A stretch of DNA of 64,000 nt. It comes from Toensbergia leucococca. Taxonomy: Eukaryota. The notes below the pieces were generated by a model. It was given only the letters and a program-made list of their open reading frames with translations. It had not been told where the DNA came from and made no database searches. A program made the position numbers and the translations under genes. Positions 27,130 through 39,302 of the stretch are shown in pieces; position 1 is the stretch's first letter; every line of letters begins with the position of its first letter. The DNA is taken from NCBI GenBank assembly GCA_022813965.1, contig JALDZS010000041.1, positions 1 to 64,000 of the forward strand, in the 5' to 3' direction.

Positions 27130-28150
27130 ATGGACAATCGGAAAAGCAATATTACTACCTCGTCGGGAGATAATATTGACGATCTCTTCGATTACGATGT
27201 TGATATGAACGATGTCTTCCGTGAGATTGATACCAATTTGGACGCGCCGTCAAAGAAAAGTCCATCTAGGAAAGCCGAAGGCAAAGAAAACGGTGCGGGT
27301 CTGGGTATTGACGAAGAGATAAGAATCACAAAGAAGAGAAGGCCTGTCGTCAAATTAGATGAAAGCAGGTCTGTTTATTGTCCTGCAATATCTTATCAGC
27401 TTCTGCGACAGACATGTTAAGCCATTCCTAGACTACTCTCGCAGACTGGAATCCCAAAGTTAAGGCGAATTTCGAAAGAACGCTTAAAATTCAAGGGCAA
27501 AGGCCATGAGGTATCTTTTCTTGCTTGTTTGTGTCAGCAAAATCTGATCCAATAATTTCTAGTATTCAGATATAGCTCGCCTTCTCAACTTTTATCAACT
27601 TTGGCTTGATGATTTGTATCCGAGAGCCAAGTTTGCAGACGGCCTAGCCATCATCGAGAAACTTGGCCATACCAAGCGCATGCAGACCATGAGGAGAGAA
27701 TGGATTAATGATGACAAGCCCAAGGATACGACAACATTAGATACAAATGATATCTCGCCAAGTTCGCCGAACCAGCAGAGCATCTCTAAAAGTCAATTCC
27801 ATTCTGCGTCTCAAACTACCCAACAGCAATCGCAGATGGCTAATTCAAAGCCTGGCGGTGACAATGACGATCTAAATGAAAGGCTTCGTTCGACGATGCA
27901 CGAAACAAGTACGAGCTTGCAGCGACACGCCCCGGCCCACGAGAGTCTCTTTGTATCCGATGACGAAGATACTGACCAGATTCCAGATGATGATTTGGAT
28001 GCATTGCTCGCAGAAGAAAGCCAGCAGAAGTTGACCAGAGAATCTGGGAAAGCACTTGAAAACGCTGCAGTCTCCTCCCAACATGGCGCTGCAGTTCGGG
28101 GGGAGGGAGAGTTTGACGATGACCTGGAGGCGATGGCAGGGATTTGGTAA
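27130..28150 (+). CDS. CSM3: Replication fork protection subunit Csm3/Swi3/Tipin (3 exons)
   Basis: GLGIDEEI..KLDESRLLSQTGIPKL..FKGKGHEYSD..YQLWLDDLYPRAKFADGLAIIEKLGH. Confidence 0.92.
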
Positions 28151-29087
28151 ATATCTCCATATATAACCATTACTCTGGACGACGGTGTTGTGAATCATAT
28201 TGCTAGGATGAACATTGTCTTGAATACTTTCTTGACCCTCCTCGTTCCTCAATTGGTTCAGGATTGCAGAAATCATGTTAGAAGGCTCCTGTACGGATTT
28301 GGCAGCGGAATAGATAGCAAGTTACTCGTAGTATGAACACATACGAGTTACAAGTACAAGATTGAGCTACACCTAATGCTTTCGGGGTAGAAATTTCATT
28401 GGCTGCTTCAAACTTGGGAATTTGCAATCTCGCGCAATGTCTGTTATAATCATTGAGGTTACTAAGTTCTTGGTTTTGTGAAGTCTTCAAACAGCACACT
28501 TGTAAAGTTGAGCTCAGTGCTAGAACCTGGCTGCGTATTCCCATTCAAGACCAATGTGGGATGAATATATAATAGAATTTCTAGTTCACTTTCACCAAAT
28601 AGGTCTTATGGCGCAGTATGTGAGATCAAATTCCCCGAGATCATTCAATGGTCTAATTGACGCTCTTCCAGATTGGCTAGCGCGTCCGGCTGTTATCAAG
28701 CTCACCGGGAGGTTGAAAGTTCGAGCCTTTCTAGGACCGAATTCTTTTTGCATTTCTCTACCTTATGAAGTCCTCAGTGAGTCAGGTAACGTAATGAATT
28801 AGCCTTAAATAATGCTCGTTTTCTTTTTGTGATTCTGCCTTGCAAAATTGTCAATGAGTCGGGTAAAACTATTGACTAAAATGTTCTCATTTGTGTTCTG
28901 TCTGGACGTGTATTTGCCCACGTCAAATTCTCCAAGTGTGTAAAACCATTGTTATGATCTAGGTACTTTAAAACTTGTCTCCATCAAATATACGGATTAT
29001 CGGCAAATGGTCCACCTGGTTTGATTTGCTTGACAGCAGTTTACAGGCTTACTCAACTTGGCATAGAAATACGGATCGGCGCATGCA

Positions 29088-32000
29088 ATGACGGAAGATC
29101 TTTTAGCTGCAGTCAATCGACTTCACGTTGAGGGGCACGAGCTGTGTGGAGATGATGAAAGCATTGATCGTTTTCTTAACGAACAAAGACCGAGACAGCA
29201 ATCAAGGCAGCCCGGTAAATTGAGGGAGGAACTCGAGGAAACCTTTCTACATCCTTCAACAGTATTCAGCCCTGAATGGCTAAATCGACTACAGGAGTAA
29301 GTCTAGTATTCGGAAGCGTAACGTGCTTGCTGACGCTGTCCGTGGGCGATGGGATGCTCCTACAGACTATGCAGACCTTTTCGAACTTGCGCCTACGCAA
29401 ACTCGGACTGTCATACGCTTCACTCGCGAAGGTTTAGAAGGCAGAGTAACAGGCTACAAGGAAGTCACTGTGCCTCCAAACAGCGCAACCGCAAAGAACT
29501 CTACGTCTTTGTTGCGGAAACCGGCGAATCGGGCTGAATTTGTCCGAGGAGCTGCTGGATTCTTCCCCTTCACCCCTGGGGGACTTGAAGGCGTGCAAGC
29601 TGTAGCAGAATTAGAGCCTAAGACTCTTCTGGGCGCTGAGCGGGCCAATGGTGCTAAGAGCAGTAATTTAGACCGTGTCATCAATTTCAGTACCGAGGGA
29701 GGTCTTTTGGAGGTGCCGCCAGGTTTCACAAGGGGACTCTCCTTCGTAGCTGATAATTCTAGACTTGACGAGGACGATATAAAACAGATCGAGGAGACGC
29801 TTGGAGAACAGCCGGATGAGACCGTTACTGCCAATATTCAACCCGTGGTCGACGTTAGTGGTGTTGATATAGACCATGATAACCGCACTAGTAGTGGGTC
29901 TAGCGATGAAGAGGAAGACATTGATTCGTTATTACCTATTGAGTTTCCGGCTCTGGAACCTCACGGATTACTTACAGTATCTTCAGTAAAGAGACGTGGA
30001 AGAGAATGGGCGCACATGGTCGACGTGAACCGGGATGTCACTAATTTCCAAGACCTTGTTCCGGACATGGCTAGGATATGGCCGTTCGAGCTTGACACTT
30101 TCCAGAAGGAAGCTATTTACCACCTTGAAAACGGCGATTCTGTTTTCGTGGCCGCTCATACCTCTGCTGGGAAAACTGTCGTTGCAGAATACGCAATAGC
30201 ACTGGCAGCAAAGCACATGACCAAAGCAATTTATACATCTCCAATCAAAGCCTTAAGCAACCAGAAATTTCGAGACTTCAGGAGGGAGTTCGACGATGTC
30301 GGCATTTTGACTGGGGATGTTCAGATCAATCCTGAAGCTAGTTGCTTGATAATGACCACAGAGATTTTGAGAAGCATGCTCTATCGAGGAGCCGATTTGC
30401 TGAGAGACGTTGAATTTGTCATCTTCGATGAAGTTCATTACGTCAATGACCTTGAGAGAGGCGTGGTGTGGGAGGAAGTCATTATCATGTTACCAGAGCA
30501 CGTTACTCTGATACTTCTCTCTGCTACTGTACCGAATACTTACGAGTTTGCATCTTGGGTTGGCAGGACGAAGAAGAAAGAAATATATGTTATTTCCACG
30601 CCAAAACGGCCTGTGCCTCTAGAACACTACTTGTGGGCTAACAAGGCCATGCATAAGATCGTAGATGCCGAGAAACATTTCCTTGAGAAGGGCTGGAAAG
30701 ATGCGAACATTGCGATGTCAGGGAAAGACAAGGCTCACCCGGTAGTACCTACAGGAGCACCGGCAAACCAGCGTGGGGGAGTCAATGGTCAAGGAGCCCG
30801 TGGCCAAGGTCAACGTGGCAATGCTTCACGTGGAAATCAGCAGCGCGGAGGCTCGCAACGTGGTAGAGGTCAACCTCAGCGAGGTACAGGCAATATTGGC
30901 CGAACAGGACGGGGCGGAGGGCGAACAACTGCAGCTCAGGATAAGAACACGTGGGTACATTTAGTGCAGCACCTCAACAAATATAACCTTCTGCCTGCTT
31001 GCATTTTTGTATTCTCGAAGAAGAGATGCGAGCAAAATGCGGACGCCCTGTCGAATCTAGATTTCTGCACGTCCTCCGAGAAAAGTGCGATTCATATGAT
31101 CATCGAACGATCAACCGCAAGACTTAAGCCAGAAGACCGCGTTCTACCCCAGATCAGGCGTCTTCAAGAATTACTAAGTCGAGGAATAGCGGTGCACCAC
31201 GGCGGGTTATTGCCCATAGTCAAAGAAGTGGTTGAAATACTATTTGCTAAAACGCTAGTAAAGGTGTTGTTTGCAACAGAAACCTTTGCTATGGGGCTCA
31301 ATCTTCCCACGCGAACCGTCGTTTTTTCTGGATTTCGCAAACATGATGGTCGAGCATTTAGGGATCTCCTTCCTGGCGAATACACTCAGATGGCGGGTAG
31401 AGCAGGTCGACGTGGACTTGATCCTGTGGGGACTGTCATCATTGTTACGTCCGGAAGCGACGAAGCTCCTCCTGTTGCAACCTTGAGGCAGATGATACTG
31501 GGTGATCCAACGAAGCTACGTTCGCAGTTTCGACTGACGTATAATATGATACTCAATTTACTCCGTGTGGAGGCTTTGAAAATTGAAGAAATGATCAAAA
31601 GAAGTTTCAGTGAAAACGCAACTCAGGCACTGCTCCCAGAACATGAGAAGCAGGTTAAGATCTCGGAATCAGATTTAGCAAAGATCGAACGAGAGCCGTG
31701 CGATGTATGTGATGTTGATCTCGACGACTGTCATACAGCTTCCGTAGCCTATCGTTCAGCAACAACGGAATTGCATCGCGGACTTCTAGAATCTCCCGTC
31801 GGTAGAAGGATGTTTGCTCCCAAGAGACTGATCGTTTTTCGAATGGTAGATATGCTCTTCTGGGAATATAGTATATCGCTGACGCATAGCAGGACGGCAT
31901 TCGTACGGCCGGTATCCTCCTTCGTGACGGGGTTATACGAAGTCTGATTCCGTCGCTTGAAGTACTTGCTCTAGGTAACACTAATACATCCCGTCAATCA

Positions 32001-33199
32001 AGCGATTTGCTGCCATATCTGCCGAAATTCCGTAAGTTCTTCACGGATTTGCCCAGTACGAATACGCAGATGACGCTCAAGGGCATCAAGATCCCTTTAC
32101 ATGACGTTGAATGTATCACGAGGACGATCGTAAAGGTTAGGGGCCAGCTTTGGCGGTTGCGAAATAGAAAAGATATTAACACTCTAAGCAGACGAAATAC
32201 GAATCAGGGCTGAAGCGTAGTAAAGAAGCAGAGAGACTCGTAGAAGACGAGCTTCTAAGAATATGTGCTTCATGGGATCAAGTGTTCTGGGACGAGCTTG
32301 ATTGGAGTGGAGTTAAAGAACTTCACACACGAGAAATACTTGAAGACCGCAAGCGGGCGCTCCATACTGCTCAGAACGCTCATTGTATCGAATGCCCAAA
32401 CTTCGTCAAGCATGTGAGTTGGAGCGTATCTTTAACGTGTCAATCGTGGGTTGATAGGCTCTAGTTTTCCATGCGGCACGACGAGTGGCTCATCCAAGAG
32501 AACATCTCGCAATTAAGACAGCTTATGTCTGACCAGAATCTACAATTACTACCAGACTATGAACAGCGAATTGCAGTGTTGAAAGACCTTGGGTTCATCG
32601 ATGAGAGCTCCAGAGTTGAGCTTAAAGGCAAAGTGGCCTGCGAGGTTAGATGATGACCTTCTTGAACGGCTGCCTGGATTGCTGACTTGAGTCTTTAGAT
32701 TCATTCCGCCGACGAATTAGTACTTACCGAGTTGATACTAGAGAATGTCTTGGCAGATTTCGAAGCAGAGGAAATAGTAGCCCTCCTTTCGGCTTTCGTC
32801 TTCCAAGAAAAAACCAAGATCGAACCTGCATTAAAACCCAGCCTCGAAAGGGGAAAAGAGACCATTATCAAAATCTCTGCAAAGGTCAATGCGTTTCAAA
32901 CCGAGCATCAGGTCATCCTCTCAAGTGACGATTCGAACGACTTCGTCAGCCGGCCGCGATTTGGACTGGTCGAGGTGGTGTACGAGTGGGCAAGGGGAAT
33001 GTCATTCAATCGCATCACGGATCTTACCGATGTACTCGAAGGCACCATCGTTCGTGTAATCACTCGATTGGATGAGACGTGTAGAGAGGTCAAAAATGCG
33101 GCGAGGATTATTGGGGACCCGGCGCTTTTCACTAAAATGCAGACTGCTCAGGAGATGATTAAGAGAGACATTACGGCGGTGGCATCATTGTACATGTGA
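29088..33199 (+). CDS. SKI2: Ski2 antiviral/exosome-cofactor DExH helicase (6 exons)
   Basis: [25 protein letters not shown], an RG-rich insert and the DSHCT end [13 protein letters not shown]. The intron 1 acceptor is anomalous (see findings). Confidence 0.95.
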
Positions 33200-33575
33200 G
33201 TGGGTACCTACATGGGAGATAGGGTGACAGGGTGACAAAAGTGCGTTCTGTGAACTCTATTAAGAGGGGAGGAGGGGTCAGTCCTATTATGATATTTAAA
33301 TGTCAAAAATGAGCCAAGACTTAAGGTTGTTAATTCACTTCTGATAAATAACATGATTCATCTGGTAAGAATGCATTATGATTTAATACGCAGCTTAAAT
33401 ACACACACTGATCGACCGCTCGGGTAAATTAGTTAGGTCTTCAAGTTACTTTGTTGATCCTCAGTCAGCGTGTCGTAGAAGTGGACTCGAGTGTCAGGTC
33501 CATACACCCTTCAGCGCCCAACGCACCCTGTTTTGGGGGCAAAGCGCTGGCGTGCTTTGTCCGAAGTCGTTTATC

Positions 33576-36500
33576 ATGGATGTAGGCGGTCTTCGAAACC
33601 GAATACAGTCAACCCTTGACCCACATACCGACACCAGACGTCAAGCTGAGCTCGATCTTAAATTCGTACGTTGCTACTCTCTCAGGGGACTGGACCATTA
33701 CTGATGATACGCTAAAAAGGCAGAAGACCAGCCCGGCTTCATCAATGCACTCCTCGACATTCTTCAGGCTGAGCAAGACAATGGAGTTCGCATTTCCAGT
33801 ACGCCCTTCCTACTTGAATTCGATTGATCCAGTAACTGACACTCCTGTAGCTGTGGTCTATCTCAAAAACCGAGTCACCAGAGGATGGGGTTCCGGGGAC
33901 GAATTTCCCTTGCACAAGCAAATTCCTGACAGAGAAAAGCTCCCTTTCCGAAATAGATTGTTACCTATCCTGGCCTCGTCACCGCCACAAGTACGTTCTC
34001 AGCTCATACCAACTCTACAAAGAATACTACAATACGACTTCCCAGCGAAGTGGCCCGACTTCATGGATATAACGATGCAGCTGCTCAACACCAACGATGC
34101 TAGTTCGGTTTTCGCTGGATTACAATGCATGCTGGCAATTTGCCGGGTGTATAGATTCAAAGCTGAAGAGAATCGCACAGACTTCAATCATATAGTTCAG
34201 GCATCATTTCCTCAGCTCTTGAGCATTGGAACTCGCCTAGTGGATGAGACTAGTCTTGAGGCTGGAGAGATGTTGCGTTTGATTATGAAAGCTTACAAGC
34301 ATGCAATATACGTAAGTAACGTTTGCACGACATGTTGAAGTCAAATGGTAGCTGATTATCTTAGTTCGAGCTCCCACCTAGTCTTATAAATCAAGAGAAC
34401 ATGATAGGATGGTGTACATTGTTTCTTAGAGTTGTAGGGAAGGAGGCACCGGCAAATGCACTCGGTGAAGAGCTTGACGAGCGAGAAAGTAATCACTGGT
34501 GGAAGGCAAAAAAGTGGGCATATGCAAATTTGAATCGTCTCTTCGTCCGGTACGTAAAATGCATCGAGGATCTTTAAGCCGTTAAAAATTCCTACGCTGA
34601 TATCTGCATAGTTACGGAAACCCTAGCACACTCTCTAAAAATAATCGGCAAGACCATGCTGATTTTGCAAAGTCCTTCATCACCAATTTCGCTCCAGAAA
34701 TTCTCAAAGGCTATTTACAGCAGATAGAAAAATGGGCCTCGAAGACAACATGGCTAAGCAAACCTTCCCTTTCATATACCCTTAGCTTTCTTGACGAATG
34801 CGTTAAGCCAAAGTCAATGTGGACTCATCTAAAGCCGCACATGGACAATCTAATATCTCACGTTCTGTTCCCAATCTTATGTCAGTCCGACGAAGACATT
34901 GAGCTATTTGATTCGGATCCACCCGAGTATCTACACCGTAAACTTAATTTTTATGAGGAGGTTTCGGCGCCCGATGTGGCAGCGACAAATTTCCTGGTAT
35001 CGATGACAAAATGCCGCAAGAAGCAGACATTTACCATTTTAAATTTTGTCAACGGCATCGTCAACAAGTACGAGTCTGCTCCGGATGACCAGAAAGATCC
35101 GCGAGCAAAGGAAGGCGCACTACGCATGATTGGCACTTTGGCAGGTGTCATTCTTGGGAAGAAAAGCCCAATTGCAGACCAGGTGGAATACTTTTTTGTC
35201 CGTCACGTGTTCCCCGAATTCCGGAGTCCCCATGGCTTTCTTCGGGCACGAGCCTGCGACACTCTCGGAAAATTTGAAGACATTGAATTCAAGGATCCGA
35301 ATAATCTCCTCATCATCTATCGAAATATTCTCGAGTCAATGGCAGATCCGGATCTTCCTGTCCGAGTAGAGGCTGCCCTGGCGCTACAGCCATTGATTCG
35401 TCATGAAGTTATCAAGGCGTCGATGCAGCAGAATATTCCACAAATTATGCAGCAACTGCTAAAATTAGCCAACGAGGTTGATGTCGATGCGCTAGCTAAC
35501 GTCATGGAGGATTTTGTGGAGGAGTTTGCTACCGAACTTACTCCTTTTGCTGTTGCTCTCAGTGAACAATTACGAGATACGTACCTACGGATTGTTCGGG
35601 AACTACTCGAACGGCACAACACCAAGGATGAAGACGATACCTACGGAGAATTTTTGGATGACAAGAGCATTACCGCACTCGGCGTGTTACAGACCATTGG
35701 CACGTTGATACTTACTTTGGAAAGCACACCTGACGTTTTGATGCATCTTGAAACAATCCTGATGCCTGTCGTGACTATTACGCTCGAGAATAAACTCTAC
35801 GGTGAGATGTCATGCATGGGTAGACATTATACTGACTAACTTGTTCCTAGATCTTTACAATGAGATCTTTGAGATTATCGATAGTTGCACGTTTGCTGCC
35901 AAAACCATCTCCCCTACCATGTGGCAAGCTTTCGAGCTGATGCATAAAACATTCAAGGCAGGCGCTGAGTTATATCTAGAGGGTACGTTATATCCTTGCT
36001 TGAGTTCTCTGGAAGCAAACGCAAGTTTTTGTGCGGTGAAATCAATCAGGAAGTATCCGTGCTGACTATACTGGAAGACATGCTGCCTTCTTTGGAGAAT
36101 TTTGTCTCTTACGGCGCCGACACCATGATCCAGAATCCTACATACATTGAGGCCCTCGTGAGTATGGTACAAGACATTTTCCAGGATGAGAAGGTCTCCG
36201 GGATGGATCGAATATGTGGCTGCAAGCTTGCCGAGGCGATCATGCTCAATCTTCGGGCCCACGTTGACCGATACGTGCCGAAATTTGTGGAACTGGCAAT
36301 GTCAGTGATATCGAGCAACGAACTCAAAGTCAAATCGTATCGCATTCACCTGATGGAAATGGTCATTAATTCCATTTACTATAATCCGATACTAGCTCTA
36401 AGCGTCTTGGAATCGAATGGGTGGACGAATAAATTCTTCAGCTCTTGGTTCTCCAACATCGAAAGTTTCTCGCGGGTTCATGACAAGAAGCTATCAATAG

Positions 36501-37241
36501 TCGCTATTAGTGCCTTGCTCACGTTAGGGGTTGATGAAGTTCCAACGAGTGTACAGCAGGGTTGGCCTAGATTATTACAAGGAGTGGTACGATTGTTTCA
36601 AACTCTGCCAACAGCGATGAAGAGTAAGCCATGAGATATCAAATTGTCTTGTGAAATGGAAGCACTTACGCAAATTAGAACGAGAAGAAGCCACAAAAGA
36701 CGGAGATTTTACGCTCAACGAAGATGACGAAGTCGAAGAAGAGGAAGAATGGGAAGGTGATGCCGACTGGGCGAATGATGGCGACGATGTCGAGGAAGAC
36801 GTAAAAGATGAGAGCGCTGCTTACCTGGAGTTCCTGAGCGAAGAGGTAAGCCGTGGTCGGTCACAGAAAGCGTCAATAGCTAAGAGTAGCAATAGGCCCA
36901 AAAGTTTGGTGCCGTCAGTGACGACGATGACGATGAGCTAGAGGAGGAGAGCTTGCTCGAAAGCCCTCTAGACAAGATCGAACCATATGGGTTGTTCAAG
37001 GGCACGTTGATGAGTATGTTTATTTCACCCTCGAGTAGGAATCTCGAAGTAGCAGCAACTAATAATTGTCCCTACAGAAATGCAACAGGAACAGCCACAA
37101 CTATACGATAGCTTGACAAAAGTCTTGAGTCCGGAAGAGCAGCAAGTTGTGCAAGGTGTGATTCACCAAGCGGACGCAATCGCAATGACCATCGCATCTA
37201 CCTCTGCTGGCGCTGCCCAGACCAATGGCGGCTCCCATTAA
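33576..37241 (+). CDS. NMD5: Importin-7/8-like karyopherin Nmd5/Sxm1 (about 10 exons)
   Basis: IBN_N-type start RRQAELDLK..VYLKNRV, DFPAKWP, WWKAKKWAYANLNRLF, RVHDKKL and an acidic C-terminal loop. Confidence 0.9.
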
Positions 37242-37835
37242 TGTGAGAATGTTTTAGGCGGAATTTGTCTTCTTGTGTGATTGAAATCTTCATGTCATCG
37301 GCGCTGCATTGTGACCCTGACGGCGTCTACGGGATATAGGTACGCTAGTCTCAGAGAAAATTTGGTCTCTGGACAGGGAGTCTATATATCATAGACTAGG
37401 TAACCTGGTATCAGCCGGCAGGTTTGGGCGTGCTCGAATCATACCAATCTAGTACATATAGGAACGAGGTGAATAAGCTCTTCAAGTCATAAGACTTTTC
37501 GGAAAATCTCCACGTATTCAGTTGTTGTGAGGCAGCTTCTCTTTAGTAATGTGAACAGAGACCTGTCGGTTGAGGCCATCGTCAGTCAATGATCATGCTC
37601 AATAATCTCCTTCACAGTTGGATCGATGTAAGCACTCGCGTAGTGAGACCACTGACTCGATCAAGCGGGTTCATATAACAGCTTGTCTTGTGAAGAAAGC
37701 ACAGGCAACAGACCACAACTCTCCTCGGTCCTCCCATAAAAATTACCTAAAAGCCTGGACCGGGAACCTTTGACATGCTTCAAGAAGCTATCCTCGTAAC
37801 GTAACCATCGCCTAAAGCCCCTAAGCCAAAGAAGC

Positions 37836-38273
37836 ATGAAGCAGATCTCTTCAACGCCACTCATCCTAGCCCTCATCTTCAGCCTCATCCTCTTAGCCAC
37901 CGCCGCGGCAGGAATCGCCATCTCTGACACCGTACCCATCGTCCCAATTCAGATCATCAACAACCAGCTCACCAAGTCCCAATCCCATCTACCGCCGCCG
38001 GTCCAGCCTCGCCAAGAGCCAGCATCTAACGCCGGATCACCTTACAACTACCCCAATACTCCAAATGCCGCCATCCCCACCATCGGACAAGCCGAGGACT
38101 CCGCCGTCAGAAGCCCAGGAGCTATTGCAGGGTTCGTGGTCGCTGGATTAGGCATGTTGGCGCTGGGGTGCGCCATTGTGTGGTATGCGTTCCTTGTACC
38201 CAGAAGCATTGATCGCGTCAACGCAGAGGGGGAGAGAGTGAGGCGGGAGATGGCTAAAAGGAATGCCCAATGA
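37836..38273 (+). CDS. Small predicted type I membrane protein, unassigned (145 aa)
   Basis: Hydrophobic signal-like N-terminus, P/Q/N-rich spacer, TM segment GAIAGFVVAGLGMLALGCAIVWYAFLV and a short basic tail. Confidence 0.7.
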   Translation: MKQISSTPLILALIFSLILLATAAAGIAISDTVPIVPIQIINNQLTKSQSHLPPPVQPRQEPASNAGSPYNYPNTPNAAIPTIGQAEDSAVRSPGAIAGFVVAGLGMLALGCAIVWYAFLVPRSIDRVNAEGERVRREMAKRNAQ

Positions 38274-38485
38274 GGCGCCATTTGTGGGTTGAGCATTCGG
38301 AGTCGGAGTTGATCGGTCGGAGTGGAGGAGGGTGGCGGGGGTGGCGGAGACTTCAGATGGTGGAATCTTTGTATATAGTATGTTGCAACCCAAGTGTAGA
38401 AAGCATCTTGCGACTTGAACCTTGCATCACGCACGCCTCTTTCTCGTTGTTCTAGCATGCTACTCGTAGATCCCGTCATGCGACC

Positions 38486-38914
38486 TCATAAAATCCCATC
38501 ATGCTCCCCCTTCAACCTCTTAACCCGCTTATTCTCCCAATTATCCAAGTCCTATCCCACGCCTCAAATCAGCATATCCGATACCACCGTACCACATTCC
38601 CCCCCCCCCAACTTCCCATCTGGCCCACTCACCTTGGCAGCCAAACGATAATACTCCTCGTTCATATCAACCCTGCGCCTGTCCTTGCCGATACCCAACT
38701 CCTCTTCCTTACTCATCTGATGCACCCTGCGATCGTGCTTCTCGTATCTCAATGCTGTGGCAGGAGTGAGGAAGAAGGATCCGGCCACCATGGTTGCGAT
38801 GAAGGGGAGGCCGAAGAGTAGGAAAGGATGTCGGGCGAGAGAGGTGCGGTAGTAGGCGGCGAAGGTGTGTCGAGACGATGCTGGACGGAACTTACGGGAC
38901 TGGAAGGTGGGCAT
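38486..38914 (-). CDS. COX16: Cytochrome c oxidase assembly protein (2 exons)
   Basis: HPFLLFGLPF..TALRYEKHD..EEYYRL, and exon 2 DLDNWENKRVKRLKGE. Confidence 0.93.
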
Positions 38915-39302
38915 GGTGGAATGGAAGAGCTGGGTGAGTAGGTGTTTGTGCCGAGGGAAGCGATCTTTTGTACATTTATTGTCGGTTGTTTCAGACCCTC
39001 GAGAGTTTAGACCTAGCTCGCTTGGGTCTAAACTATCTTGGCACTACGGCGCTTCACCATTTTAGTTGAAATTTACTGGCCGAGGATAAAGATCTAAGTG
39101 CGCATGAATATCACCTTTAAAAGCAATTTGTAGGAAGCAGATGCATGTTAACAATGTTAGATATACTCAGCGCCTATGTGGTGACTATGTTGTTGTCTGG
39201 AGCTTGGAAAACCTGATGAACACCTCCATATCCTCCGAAACGCCTCGCTTAAGAACCACGATGCCCATATCTTATAAGAATGTCGTTCGTACGATTCGGA
39301 GA

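Noticed and set aside
32136..32225. Apparent frameshift or non-GT donor in SKI2 after ..LRNRK
   Set aside because: A canonical 56-nt GTTAGG..AAGCAG intron (32136-32191) restores the frame, so no anomaly is needed.
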